Shown: positions 24,828 through 39,300 of the stretch, in pieces
Numbering within the stretch: position 1 is the first letter of the stretch
How the letters are laid out: the number at the start of each line of letters is the position of its first letter
Assembly: GCA_030704615.1 (NCBI GenBank)
Contig: CM060731.1
Location: forward strand, 89,528,001 to 89,592,000
Reading direction: 5' to 3'
Length of the DNA: 64,000 nucleotides
Source of the DNA: Takakia lepidozioides
Taxonomy: Eukaryota > Plantae > Bryophyta
Position numbers and translations under genes: made by a program
The notes under the pieces: generated by a model
The model's database searches: none
What the model was told of the DNA's origin: nothing
Seen by the model: only the letters and a program-made list of their open reading frames with translations

Positions 24828-27800
24828 TTACAAGAAGACATCCTTCTCCAACAGCTTCAGCACTTCGCTCTGATTATTGAGCTTGGCAACATCAATTGGT
24901 GTCTTGTTATCCAGATTCTTCAGAGTCCTGCACTCCCCACCCAGGATAACATTCTGTTTGAACATCAAGGACACACATGCACAACACATTACTAAATACA
25001 GACCAATTCCCCAAAATACACTTCAGGATTCTTCTATCCTCTGGTAGTTTTCATTTAGTCTGAATCATCCCAACTTACTAATGGTTTTGGTAATGGTATT
25101 GCTCACAAGATCAATAGCTTAAGATTGCTTTGACTCGATGCCACAGGAACGACAGGAGCGCACAATGCTCTTCTTTAGTATCCCCTGGTGATGGCAATCT
25201 GGTGAGAGGATCAGGTACCCTGCAATATTATTTCTGCATCATACAATGAATAGGGAAGATGACCCTGGTCTAATTGAGTGGGGCAACATTTATAAGACTT
25301 ACACAGCGGCACCATTCTTAAGGAGAAGCTCGACACACTCTTGACGGCCATAGCCAGCAGCATAGTGGAGAGCAGTGTTGTTGTTCTTGTCCAACGCATC
25401 TACAGCTGCCCCAGCTTCCAGCAATACCTCAGTGCATTTCACCTGCCACCAAGAACTTGCTCATCAGCACATTCATGTAGAGCAGCCTCTGATGAAAAGG
25501 TGAAGTGATGAATTTCACAAACTCCAGTCATTCACTCCCATGCTGCATTATTCCAGCAGTTCACATGAAAGCTATGTACTTGTCAACAGCAATTTTAGAG
25601 GACACTTTTGATACATCGACTATTTTTAGTGTGCTTCTTGCAAATGATTGCAACAAATGCATGGAATACATGCAAGCCCTGCCCTATTGTAATTATGAAT
25701 AGGTTGTAAAGTTAATCTGGAAGATCACCAGTGTTTCCACTTTCCTAGAACATTCCATGACCTGGATCTGCCAGTTTTTTGCAACTGTTATCCTGTGTGC
25801 ATTTTAGTCTACTGACCCAATGAACTACATCCTGTTTACATATTTCATCCATCTATAAATATGGATGAAATATTCCAGCTACACCTGTCTTGAACTAATT
25901 CGAAACCTAATCGAGAATATCGGTTGTAAGAATCAATACCCTTTTGCGTAGTCCTGCCTTAGGAAGGCAGGGCCAACAAAGTACTACACCTGAGTACAAT
26001 GACAAATCACAGGTTGCAGACAGTCAGCACAAGTAAAGAATTGTGACACTCACTTCACCATAACCAGAGGCAAAATGCAAGGCTGTCCGGCCTTCTGTAT
26101 CTTTCTCATCCTTATCTGCACCTTCTTGCAGCAGAATCTTCAACCCCTGCCACTCAAACATCCGTTTACACATTAATTGTCCCTCTTGTGCCAGCCAGAC
26201 CTTCAAACATTCCCTCACATTCTTGCAAGTGGCAACTTACATTAGGGTCTTATGTCACAGTGCAGCATAACTAACATGAATACGTGTAGCCTCCAACTGC
26301 TTCAAAGCAATAGCGCACAACTCAACATGATCAATGAACAAAAACAAATTAACCTACATTTATAAATGTGGGAGCCTAGTAAAACTCTCAACTCATATTT
26401 AAAAGCTAACCTGAAATAAGAAGATACCCACATCCAAGATAAAAGAAGAGCATTGTAGTTGTAAACAAAGGCACCAGAACAAAACCTCGCAGAAAAGATA
26501 CAACAACAAAAAGGTAGGACAACACAAATAGCAGTAAGTAGATAGTCAATCCAAGAGGACAAGACAATCAACTACGTCCTGTATAAAAACTCCCCATTGA
26601 CTTCATCAGTTCCTGACAGAGGGTGCAGTCATACTGATTCTGTGTCAAGACTCAGCTAAGACATAGTATTAGCATTCAAAACATAAAAAACGCCCCCATG
26701 AAGGCCACAGAGAGAGAGTAGATAGAGAGAGAATGTACTAATAAGACGTAGCCTTGGGGCCATAGACCCCATGTGGACCAAAAGGGGGGAGAGACACACA
26801 CATATAACCTAACTCATCACTGGGCTGAGACCAGCTCCCCACTTAAGACTTAAGAAGTCTGTTCTTGATCATTTTGGATAGAAAAAAGGTTGAACTGTCA
26901 TATACCGTACTTATGAGTAAGAGAGACTAACCTACATAATACAAACTAAAAACCAAAAACGCCAAACTGTAGCAATCACACGCAAAATGAACATGGCAGT
27001 GGAACACTCAAAACTAGCGGCTCAAAAGTTGAAAAAACAAGATCACAAACCAAACGCACAACTCAACTCAAATATCACATCACTATGGCAGGCTCGCCCT
27101 TACTGTCATAGCTATACATCTTGAGTGATCACCCCCAGATAATATATAAGACAAGAGAGGCACAAAGGGAGGTCCAATCACACCTCAACGTCGCCGGTGC
27201 TGGCAGTGTGATGGACAGTCAACTCCTCATCTTCCTCACCACCTCCGTCTTCTTCACCTTCCTCATCATTGGCAGATTCCCCAGCCAGTGGAATACCCCC
27301 CTCTCCAGGAACACCCACACCCATGGCTTGCCCTAGCTTGCTTAGGACCACAGGATCATTCCAATACCTGCCATATACAGTTATCCCAAATACGCATGAG
27401 AAAAGCGCGAGCAGACTGCTGACTACCGATATCTTCCCGCTGCACCTTTAGACTGGAGTAAGCTTCCAACTAGCCTAAAAGCAGAACTTAGAGACTCGGG
27501 TAAAGACGGAAATCACAATCTTGCATGGTGTTGGGGTTTGTCAATCTGTTAATTTCACCTCAAGCAGAAGGAAAAGGACGCATAATCATATAGGCACTTT
27601 TTACTTGGCACAGCCTGGCTCCATCCTTCTATCAGCCCTTTCACTTGAATGCTTCATTGAGAGAAAGCCTAGTTAGTAGCAAAGCTGCCTGGTTTAACCT
27701 CTAGTGTCAAAATCCATTGTGAGCCATAAAAAAGAATTGGGTGACAGAGGTAAAGAGAGCAACTGGATGGACAGTTTACTTCATCATTGCTGCGGGGCCA

Positions 27801-30800
27801 CCAGTCTCAATCTCCTCCAGGACAGGCTTGAGAGTAGGGTCCTCACGCACTTGAGCCATACGTTGCTCAAGTTGCTCCTTATGTGCTGGGTTTGTCAGGT
27901 TTGACAGCATGCCCGACATGGCAGGATCCTGGCGCAAGAAAAAACCAATAATCGGAAGAATCACACAACCAGCTTAGCAGGTGAGGGACACAGAATGTCC
28001 ATTAAGCCCAACACCTGGCATGATGTGAAAGGTGCCTCAACATAGACACTGCAGATTAATCCCAGAAAGCTTACAAAGATAGAAGTGGACAGTGTGCACA
28101 TCTCTTGTCATGAGAGGGAGAGAGAGAATGTACTCATAAGACGTTGTTTGCCTAGCCTTGTGGCCATAGACCCCGAGCCCAGTTTGGGCAGAAAAAGAGG
28201 GAGGGAGAGAAAGAGAGGCTTTTAACATCCACCTGCATAAGTGCATTTCCAAGGCGCTCAGCCATGGTCATGAACTGGGGGTTCTGCATGACTTGCTGCA
28301 TTGCATTGATGTACTGGTTTGTATCCAGCTGGGGAATGCCATCTTGACCCACGTTTTGCACACTGCGCTGAAGTTGCTGGGCCATGCTGTTAAAGGCAGG
28401 GTCTTTGGCAATCTGTTCTGCCATCTCCTTTATGCTCGGATCCTGGTAGGCAGTGATTCAGGCGATTATGAGACGGAGAAAGAGCTTCCTGGAGTCCCCA
28501 ACAGCGAATGTGTAACTTCCTGGACTACATCCTACAGCCAGCAAGACAGCAACACAACTTGGAAGAGAGCTAGTCATCCCACGTGAACAGTGCACAAAGA
28601 ATGGGCCTAGCTCTGCCATGTGTTCACCTCCTCAGCTCAGCCTGAGCTTGGCACCTCGATCAACGACTCACCCACTGACACCCAAATGCATAACTCTTAC
28701 ACTATACCTTACTGCAGAGCCTGACAAACCTCAAGTGGAAGATGGAATTACAATAACTTGGAATTTAAGAGTCCGCCTGTAAATGTGCACTATGGGTGAC
28801 TCAAACTAACTAGCTCATACTTTAGCTCTTACAAACACATTTTTTTCAGTGTCACTTCTCACACTGAAGAACCAGGGGGAAACCAAATAACAGTAAAAGC
28901 ACAAAGCTTTCCAGTGAAACTGCCTTTACAGTACACACTGCAAGTTTAGGCAAACAAGATTTACAATAGGTTAGGCGTATAAGTTAGTGCCAAACGGTAG
29001 ATATCAGGACATATCTTACTGCTTCAATTATGACCTATCATGTGTGTCTATTAACTAGCAACAAACGCATGATTCAGCTCAACTCAGATACTCGAAGATA
29101 AATGATACATTCTGGTCATTGCAGTTGAAGTAAGACTTTTATCGAGGATGGTAAGACTGAGCCTTATCTTGTTTTAGCTAGACCATAACGTTGGACCTTC
29201 ATTCTTTACCCTCAGGTGGTACTTATCTGCCACGAAGTTTGTTCTGCATTTTTTTTCCTTAGTTCTTTGTTTGTGTCTACTCTGCGGCAAACTCACGTTG
29301 AAAAATGAATCCCACGCACCACTGAACGAATTCCAGCTTTCCTGGAAACCCGCCCATGAGATTGCATGGGAATTAATCTACAGATCTCAGAATAGTAGTG
29401 ATTTTCCAAGACCTAAATTTTTCCACTTCTCTCTCTTCTTTTGCCATATTTCATTTTTTTAGTTGAAGCTTGTATTGAAGCCATGAAAGACCATAAAGTA
29501 ATGACTGCAGGCACTCTGAAGAAGAAGATAAGGAGTGAAACAAGCACACATTCCCAAACTTCAGATCGTTAGTACATGTTCAGACACAGCTTTGCAGCTG
29601 TCACATGACCCTAGCAATTTCCTAACAATGCAGCGCCAGCAAGATACAGCCTGCATTTGTCAGTCACCAGAGAATTACGAAAATCTACCTGTCTTAGACG
29701 GTTTTGCATCCCAGAAAACAAGGATGGGAGACTGATCTGACACAGTTTCCGCACGGAATGTGAGCCTTTAAAGGATGATGACTAATATGTAGATGTCCAT
29801 GCTCGTCATGTGGACCCAAGACTGTTGAGGGCCATTAGTCAGCATGGTGGACAGAGAATTTGTGGTGAAGCACTGTTGAGATCTAGATGGGAATGTGATG
29901 TAACATTGACATATTAGGAGTATAACTGTTTAGTCTCCGCTACAACACGAATTCCAACATACTTGAAGGTAGAAACCAGAACGCACATTCAAGAGTCCTG
30001 TCATTGCTGAAAAGTCAAATGGATTGGGATTAGCAGCATCATCCTCAGTCCCAGGAGCTGCATCAGTGGGAGCTACAGTGGCAGGAGCCTTCTCTTCCTC
30101 TGCCAGGGCTACCACCTTGCTTTCGTCCTCTTTCCCTGCACGCCAGTTACAAATCAACGCACAATCATAAATCCACTTGCAAAGTTTGGATACAATTCCG
30201 TTGAATGCACCAAGCACACACCCTCGTGTCTGCGACCTAACCTTCAGTTTGACAATCAAGGAAAGAAAATTGGGAGATATGGACCTGCTTCTAGGTGTTG
30301 TCATGAGCCCTTGATTAGCTCATATCAACACCACTTGCCAGGGTTTTCAAAGAAAATCTCCAACAGAAATCAGGTGAACCCTGGTAGTGCAGGACCAAAA
30401 ACACCATACCTCTTCACATCTAAACTCCATCAACCCTGTCGTGCATCAAGCAAATTGAAAGAGCTCTGAATCACCAACCATGGGCCTCAAGGAGAACATA
30501 GGACCGCAGTGTTGGACACCACTCCTCAGTCAGGGGGTTCAATACTAGCTAATGAGAATGACACCCAGTTTACACTCACCAAGTCTCTTCATATGGCCCA
30601 TTCCAAAACCTAGGCTTTTCCAGAAGAGACTTGAGTTTTCTACCGACCAAGGACCAAGCCGCCCATTCCAGGTAAGGTGAAACCAACTAAGAATATAGAG
30701 GAACGTCGGACTCGTGATCGGATAGACTGACATAGCCAGTTCAACAGGGACATCTCATACACAAAGATTTCTTCACAACGGGAAGGAGAGAGAGGAAGTG

Positions 30801-31320
30801 ATACAGACGACTAGACGTGCTGCAGCCACCAACAGGAAATGATCGCAGGTTTTTTTTATGAAGCCGGTAACAACCCTCTATCAAAACATGCTGGCTCTTT
30901 CAGAATTAAGAAGAAGAAATGGGCACATGCTTCATCCACCTTGTCAACTACCTGCCAAAACCTTTTCACGCATTGCCTAGCTTCTCTAGGACAAACAGAT
31001 TCACTCCTGCGCCTCTAAGAGAATCCAAGGAGACATGCCTACGGCGACGCCCCCGCAGCAACCAAGCGCTGACTGAAACACTCACAAACCCTTCGCTCTT
31101 ACAATTCCAATGTTATCCAGAACACGAACATCCCGCAGCTCCTTGAGCCAGCACTCATCTATTCTGCAAACTGCGATGAAATCCTCCGAAAATTGGCAAA
31201 CACAAATGCCAAAAACATCCAACCGTTTTCCAATCCCCTCTCGTCCACACACACAGCTATAGATCTCAAAACAAAACACACAACAGCCCGAAGAGCGCAC
31301 TTACCCGCAGGCGCGGCCAT
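24828..31320 (-). CDS. AKR2: Ankyrin repeat domain-containing protein 2 (AKR2A/B type chaperone for membrane-protein targeting), multi-exon
   Basis: Exons encode MAAPA|[138 protein letters not shown] and [24 protein letters not shown]. Confidence 0.93.
26705..26795 (-). repeat. Short (CT)n-tailed retroposon remnant in an AKR2 intron (second copy at about 28113-28200)
   Basis: Both copies read GGGGTCTATGGCC(C/A)CAAGGCTA..ACGTCTTAT(T/G)AGTACATTCTCTCTC on the minus strand. Confidence 0.55.
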
Positions 31321-32237
31321 AGCGATTGCACAGCAGCAGGAATCCGTGGGAGCACAGCAGCTACAAGCCTGTGTGACGCAGTGCAAGAAGGCTCCCTCGC
31401 CCGTGCCCCCCTGTCTGTGCTCTCCCTATCTCTGCCCTTCCTCCTTCCACACCCTTGTTGCCTTTCCAGGCCACCCTGCGCACTTTTGATAAGGACACCC
31501 CACTCCTGCACTCCTGTTGGTGGATACAGGCTTCTGTTGGCTATTCATCGTTCGATCTCTTCACACTTTTCTGTTTTCTCTACCGTTCGTTTAAAGATGA
31601 TTTACAGCCGAGATTGGACGTTGATATGGGTAATATGATGAGAAGCGCCAATCACAGCACGGAACACTACACACACAGCGACATGTGGCATGCGGCTTCC
31701 TTCTATCCATGACTTGTTTGTCTTACCCCGGGTGTGACAACTGGACGATCCGACGGTCACTATCATGTGAGTGCATGGATGTCGCCACCGTATTGTCATT
31801 CGTGCACACAGCCGCATTTTGTTTGGATGACAAAAGTTGGAGGTTGAAAGAGTCAATTATACAATCTGTTGTTTTATTAGGAATATTACCTGCATGAAGG
31901 TTGGTACAAGTAGCACCAGTAGACATGCTACAATAGGCATTTTTGAAATCGAATTACCTATACAGAGGTATTACAAGTGGCGTTCTCTGTACGGAGGCAA
32001 TGTATACGTTGCGAATCTATGTATCGAATGTACGTACTTCTCGAATCTATCATCAGAGTATTACCCATAGGGAGGTAATGTCTGCTAGAGATCGTGATAA
32101 GTTTTGCATTGCAGCCTAGAGGGCACCATTTACATAGTGGCAAAGAAAGAGAGAGATGATCTCTTCACAGGATGCTTGGTGTTAATTTGAAGGGACAGTA
32201 ATGCACGGTCTTTCCAGGATGATATGCGCGTTACAGG

Positions 32238-33788
32238 TCACAGCCCATATCTCCAGCCCGATCGATAATCACCGTGGCTGATCTTGTCCATTTCAAGAAG
32301 AAACCTGGGACCTAGCAACTCCACAATTTTGGAGTTCTTCAAAGGGCCTGAATTCGTGCCTTTGAAGCCTGGAATGGCATCTACCAGAGCAATCGTGGTT
32401 GCAACGGCTTCCTCGTCATCTCCAACTACAAAAACATGGAATGGATTTTGCACGCTGGGAAGATCCTCCAAGAGTTTCTGCAGAGAAAATCACGCCATGG
32501 CAGATCATGAGGAGAAAAGTCTATATGTCGATCACTTACATTTGAGTGATATCCAAGCAAGCAAAGACTCCGAACGATACGTATCACATCGAAGATATGA
32601 CCTAAGGAGTCCAGTAGATGTTGGGAGTTGAGAGCGAGCTCCAAACAACTCTTCACTCAGCACCTGGTCAAAAAAATTCGCCGAAGACAGAAGAAGAGAA
32701 ATGTTTAAGTGGTACAAATTAACATACCCAAAAGATAGACTTGAAGGCAGTGGTCCAGCGGGCAGGGACTCCCAATGCTTTTTGGTTGAGAAGTGGCGCT
32801 GACACCTGCCCCCACTGGCTCTCCTCGAAGAAGTACATCACATTGGTGACATCCACGATAATCTTGCCCTCCAAGTCCTTTGCAAGGGACTTCAACAGCT
32901 CTTCCCTTTCATCCAGTGGACCCTGTCCACATTCCAGCAAAACTCTTTAGGTCTAAGGATCCCGTCCAAGTAATAACGGTTACCTCTCGCTCGTCTACAG
33001 ACGATTCCATCTATGGACAAACAATTTCCATCGAAAGATCATATGAATAAAATTATGACTGTTTCAGAGTTTGGTTAAACAGCAGAATGGCTTCTTAACC
33101 CAGACGGTGAGGTTACTATCTCCGATATCTAGCACATTTTGCAATCCCTCTACAAACCATGACCATCTGTGCTCTATCTCAGTCCCATATGAGTACAAAC
33201 GTTGGCCAAATATCAATGTTGGAAGACCTGTGATCGCAATGTTCGACAGCAAAAGACAACTTTCAGGACACTTTGGAGGTACAACTTAAATATTCGCAAT
33301 TGGAGTAAAGCCACCGATTTGTACTCATTAAAAACAAGTAAATTGGAATGGAATTTCCCAGAGACGGCATTGTCCCGGATAGTGTGAATTCCAAAGAGCT
33401 GCGAGGAGGCATATCGAGTACGACGTCGATCTCTCCCAATCACAAAGTACCAGAGCTACCTTCAAAAGTGCTCTTTAATAGGATCGGCTCCACATCATAC
33501 CATCTTGCAAAACAAAACTCGGATAGGAGTGGGGGCAAGGCATACCGCAGGGGTCCAGAAGATGACGTCGCCAGCTGCAGCAGCCTCCTGGTTGGTGCCC
33601 CCCTTCACAGACGCCGATTGTGCTACTTTAGAAACATCCTCAGCAGTTTTTCTTCCTTTCTCAGCTTCACGAGATCCGACAAAGACAGAAATGCCAGCCT
33701 TTGCCAAATGACCTGCCAGCAGTTTGCCCATTCTGCCGGTTCCTGGAACAAATGCAACCGTCACTTTCTTCAGGTCCAGTGCGGCCAT
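32238..33788 (-). CDS. NADPH-dependent F420 reductase-like (FNO/NpdG, F420_oxidored family) oxidoreductase, 3 exons (about 33545-33788, 32727-32924, 32238-32477)
   Basis: Rossmann-like AFVPGTGRMGKLLA..LAKAG..VFVGSREAEKG, GGTNQEAAAAGDVIF, GKIIVDVTN, AFKSI, VFVVGDDEEA..VDAIPGF....GPLKNSKIVE. Introns have GTATG donors. Confidence 0.8.
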
Positions 33789-34663
33789 TGTGTATGGTGA
33801 AACGAAAGAGAGGGAGCTAGGTCAAGTAGACAATCAAGGGAAGCCGCAGACAGGGAGCGAGAAGGCATTGGAACTGAGAGTGGGACGACGAACTATTTAT
33901 GCATGTGGAGCGTGACTAACAGCTTCGCGAGAATCTTCCTGTTTTGCAGATTACAGCTTCGCGAGGATCTTCGCTGTTTTGCAGATTCAATGAACCTGCC
34001 CAAATATTATTCTATTGAGTACCCAGTGGTTTAGGGCTCAAATCCTGCCACTGTTTTGCAACATTCGGATTTGTCTAACCCTGGAAAAATGATGCCGCAT
34101 AGATGGCTCTACAAAACAGCTTCCTTATTTCCTGTTATCTGATTGGGTGTCTGAGAAAGTTGTGAGAGTTTGTGCTGGAGATGAAGAAGAAGTATATTTA
34201 AAGTGACACTTCAACGACAATTACAAATAACAAAACCAAACTTCTTGTTATATGTTTGTCCATATCTATGTAAAGACTAAAGACCAGGCCAGGATTTCTT
34301 AGTCCGAGAGGATGCCACCTTACGCTGCGGAAGGTTCCTCCTCTACCGGAGAAGAAGGCACGTCACAAGTTCATGCTCTTGTGAGTCAAGGAAATCTCAG
34401 CCATCAAACCTTTGCTGTTTTTTTTATGCAGGGTGAGGCCCTCGGTTGGGTAGCACGTGAGCACAAGGGAATATTAAGATGCCTTAGAAAATATTCTATA
34501 GCGAGACGATAATTTGCGAAAGTATTTCAATTGTTCATGTAAGCACTAATCACAACACGAAAAAAACAAGGCGTGACATACACATAGGCCCTGCGATCTA
34601 TCCAGATAGAACATGAATTTATAACTTTATTACATCTATATGATGTAAGATGTTGTGAAGTCT

Positions 34664-34905
34664 TGATTCCGGCGCTATGGGTTTGTTCCCCTTCCTCTAC
34701 CGGACTTAATCCTATCTGGGGAATGTAGTCGATAGATAAGACGGAATCTCACGAAGAGAACGCAACTCACTCGGACTTCAAAAACACTTTCATCCACACA
34801 CTCAAGCACACCGTTACATCCAGCGTACACTCACGTAAGACCCAAAAGCCACCACCCTCACTGCCACGGCAGTGAGGCTTAAATAGTATTAGGTCATAAT
34901 CTAAT
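34664..34905 (-). mobile_element. LTR fragment (3' half) of the family at 57300-57841, cut by CACTA B
   Basis: Near-identical reverse complement of about 57587-57841. Retains the ...GCCGGAATCA end with no PBS, and stops exactly at the CACTA terminus at 34906. Confidence 0.85.
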
Positions 34906-36356
34906 CACTACTACGTTTAAGGGGGGTTAGCGATGTCGGGACCCCGAGTGCGCCAGACACGACGACCCTCTTGCGACTGTTGCGCCGCGTAGGCGCCCGG
35001 CCCGGAAATAGCGACGTCTGCACGTCGCCGCAGCGCCGCTCCGGTGACGTTTCGTCAGCTTGCGATTCAGGTACGTCGCTGCAGTTGAGGCATGACCCCC
35101 AGCTTGCGACGTCCGGCGTCACACGTGCCCTCTGCGACGCTCCCGCAAGGCTGTGACGCCCGGGAATCACAACAATACCCCCTCACACTTAGGCGCGTGG
35201 GGAGCCAGCTCGTGCTGGGGTTTGCGACGTCCCAACGTCGCAGCAATGCCACAATGGCGACGTTGCGATTCCCCACAGTCGCAGGCCTGCTGGGGCGTCG
35301 CAAGTGCCCTCTTGCCTGGGGGTCTAGGATTGGGGATTGCTGCTACATGATAAATTTTTTTTTGCTGTGTTTTGTTCTGTGAATTCGACCCTTGCACCAC
35401 TACATCCGTACAAACTATTAGACCATATGCTTAATGACAGCATTTGCAATGCGTGTGCAAATTTTGGGAGTGAACAAAAATCATTTGGACTGAAAACCAT
35501 ATTTTCTTCCCTCATTTGCACTCCGAAATTGAGTTCTTTTCAACTTTATGCACTCTCCATAGAGAGTTCCGCAATAGTGAGTGAAGGAAACTCTTTGTTT
35601 TATTTTTATTTTTGTTTGGTCCAATTTTTTTCATGGATGTAGTGGTCTGGGGTTTGCATTCACAGAACAAAATAGAGCTAAAACAAAAATCATTGCGTAG
35701 GAAAAATCCGCAATCATAGATATTGTAAATGTAGGGGGTTGCGACCTCCATGGGTCACCTTGCGACGGTATTGCGACAGAATTGCGATGCCCCAACAGAT
35801 TTGCGACGGCGGGGAATCGCAAAATTGTCTTTTCTGTGTCTTTGCAAAGGTCATGGCAGAGGCCAAGCTGAATGGATCCATTGTTGCAAATCTTTTTAGT
35901 CCTCCTTCTGTGCTACAATATAAAAGACAAAGGGCAAGAAGTTGGGGTGGGGACACTAAGAAAGGAAAAGGGAAGGGCCATGGGATTAGAGGGTTGAGGG
36001 TAGATTGCTTTGGCAATGGCTTTGGCAACATTGTTGTCTTTCACACCAATTTTGAAGATTCTTTCTGTTGCATCGAGATCATGGTAACCAAATTGATTGA
36101 AGGGTTTCCAAGGGTAAGTCTTGGTCAGCATTTGTAGAACAAGCACCATGTCTTCCAACATTCTTGCCCTCGTACAAAAACTCAACAATCCTAGAGTCAC
36201 TTTTCGAGTCACAACTCCACTAAAATCATTCCTAGATCGCCACACCTACAAAGGATTTTTTTCATGGATTTTTCATTAATCAATCATAGAAATAAGCTAC
36301 ATGCATGTACATGTACAATCAATCGAAGGGATGGGTACAGTTATGTGCGAGAATTA

Positions 36357-39300
36357 TTATATAGCTTTGATTACGTGTCTAATCGACTTGAATATCAGCA
36401 TCTGGAGCTTCTTCGTCCTCATCAAGCTGCAAGTCTTCTTGCTCATCAGAGTCATTGTCATAAATGGCCTGGTCACCAAAAGGCACATCTGAATCATCTT
36501 CCACCTCGGTTTCAATGACCATGTCTTCATCTTCTTCTCCAACATCTGCATCTGATGGAGCCTCATCGTATAGGGTCCGGGATGCATTCATCGTATAGGT
36601 CCGGGAGCATGCTGTCCGGGGCGTCATCATTCTCTTGTACCCCCTTTATCCAACCTCGGCCAACATCGGCATCATCATGATCAGTCTCTTTCTCCTCCGC
36701 ATTTGCCTCGCCCCATGTAGATCCCCGACCATGATAGATACGTCTTCCTCTTGGCTGAGCATGCACAACCACCTTCCAATTTCTTGATCTGGAAAAGAAA
36801 ACTTGCTCCATGTCTGAAGACCATGAAAAATGCTCATCGGAGGGACGATGAGTAGACTCGAGCCTATCTGTATTGACGCGCATGAAACCACACTCGTCTT
36901 CCACTATTGTTGCGGATGGCCCCACAAGATGTGGCTGGAACCATCTTGCCTTGAAGATAAGAGGCTGGTGCCTTGTATACTAAAGTTGGAGTATGCTCTC
37001 AAGCTCTCCAAAATAGTTGAATGTGCTCATGGTAGGTCGTGTATCTCCCCTGCCCCACACGGAGTCTTGCCAATATGAGGCACACAAGCCAGAATCAAAC
37101 GTTGTTTTGCGCTTCATGTCAAGAGCACGAATGCGGAAATGACGACCATGAACCCAAACCGCCGTGTATGAGGTCGCAAATTGAGAGAGGCCCCTTGCAA
37201 TGTCTTGCACCAAATCTGAAACCACCTCACTTTTCGCAATGCTATCCTCTACTTCAGTCCGAAGCCAATGGCGGAATGAACTTAGAGGCTGCAATTCCAT
37301 GGGCAATTCTTGTGAAGGCACATTCTTACGCCGGCCCCTTGCTCGCGGAGCGCGTGTAGTCGCCCTTGCAAGATTCCGCCTCCACGCAACTGTCTCCTCA
37401 TGTCATTGCTGAACAAGGTTATTGTATCTTGCCTCCCACTCATGTATGGATGGGGTGTTCTTCAGTATGAACTCATGCGCTTGGTTAATCACCATGATGG
37501 GTAATTTTATCCTCTTTGAATTTTTGGGCAAAACGATGTCCTTGGTTCGTATATCCTCATCTTCTTTCCACATCGGAGGGGCTTCTTTATCCACCTTGTC
37601 AAATACTCCATGCAGTAGAACATAGCCTCTTGCAATGTATACCCCTCCGCCATGCTACCCTCCGGGTGTGCCATTTGTCTTACATGTGCTTTCAAAGTCT
37701 TCATGTATCGCTCAAGGTAGTACATCCACCAAGAATGAACGGGGCCGGCAATCGAAGCCTCTTCCACTAAGTGCACTACCAAGTGCACTTGGATATCAAA
37801 GAAGGAGGGAGGAAGGTGCATCTCCAACATACACATGACCACCGCCGCCTCCTTCTTCATGCGTGGAAAATCCGCTTCCTCCAGCTCTTTGGAGCAAATC
37901 CACCGGAACAATGCTCCCAATCTATAGACTGTCTCGCGAACCTCGGGAGTCAATGTCCCACGTACTGCAATGGGCAAGATGTCTTGCAATAGATTGTGGT
38001 AGTCCTGAGACTTCAAACCATGGACCCCGTCTTCGTTGAACTTCATACGGAGGGATGACCCATAACCAGTTGGTGTTCGGACAGCTCCTATGGTGGCTAT
38101 CACTTTCTTGTATTCACCGTACAACACCCTTTGGGTCCACACCATTTTCTTCGGCCCATAGATGGGACATGCGACCCTGCTCCTCAAGTTCCTTTCTAAC
38201 ACCGAGAGAATCTCCTTTCACAACCACTCCCTTCTTTGTCGGCGTGCCATGAAGAACACGAAAAAGGGACGAGCAAACATTCTTCTCAATATGCATGGGA
38301 TCTAGAAGATGACGAATCTTCAGGTCCTACACATATCCTCACCCACATATTCTTACACGTCTATTTTGTCGTGAAAGTGACAATGGAAATCATACAAAAC
38401 ATGCAATATCACATGCATGCATAGCAATATTGATGGTGTTTTTGTGGAATATGTACCGCCCAATATGGCAACTCGTAGAAGATTGAAAGTCGCTTCATGC
38501 CGGGCACCTCCACCTCACCGGACCCCTCCGGATGGGCCTCCTTCCATTGGTCTTCCCAAAAGTGCCCGGATGGTGTCACAGGTGGGGGACGTAACTCCAC
38601 TTTGCCATCAAACAAGTGTTTGTCTCTTCTTCTCCAATGATGGCTCATAGGAAGAAACTTGCGGTAGTTGGGATACACCATCTTGCGAAGATTGCTGGAG
38701 CTTTGTGCATCAAGTTCATCGCCACAATGCAGAGCGTGGTACCCTTTAGTGCTCAACCCCAAGCAAACAGTAAGTCATGTAGACATTCCGCCACATTAGG
38801 AAAGACAAAAAGTTTCCTTGTGCATCTACCCCACTACGGTGCAGAAGACTGTCGCCGCTACTTCAATCAATCCCAATCCTCATCAACCCCTGAGGTAAAT
38901 GTACGGGTTTCTCATGAGGAACATAATATACCTGGATAATCATGCATTGTCCAAAGCAAGATGTCTCTCATATGAAAAGATTGTCCGGCCATAGGGTCAA
39001 GTGAAGCATCCAATGCCTGGACCCCCCTCCATAACTCCTTCAATTCATCAACTAGAGGTCGCAAGTACGTGTCCATGTCTTTCACTTGTATTTTCCCTAT
39101 GAGACATTCACACCATTAATTGTTTCAATGCTCCACCATGCTAATTATACTTCATAATGAATGACACATACTACATGATTACGTCACTCATCAATCTTCC
39201 ATCGGAATTGCGCCAAAGAGAAGAAAATTAATGTAAAATCCAAAGTAATAATAAGCATGAAATAGGAACACTCACCCGGTACAATGGCAGCCAACATGAT

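Noticed and set aside
32532-32717. Open frame within intron 2 of the FNO-like gene as an extra exon
   Set aside because: Exon 2 joins exon 3 in frame to give a family-typical protein; this peptide has no family resemblance.
35913-36245. ORF downstream of the CACTA B transposase as TnpA or a ULP1 protease
   Set aside because: No recognisable motifs, so it was left uncalled.
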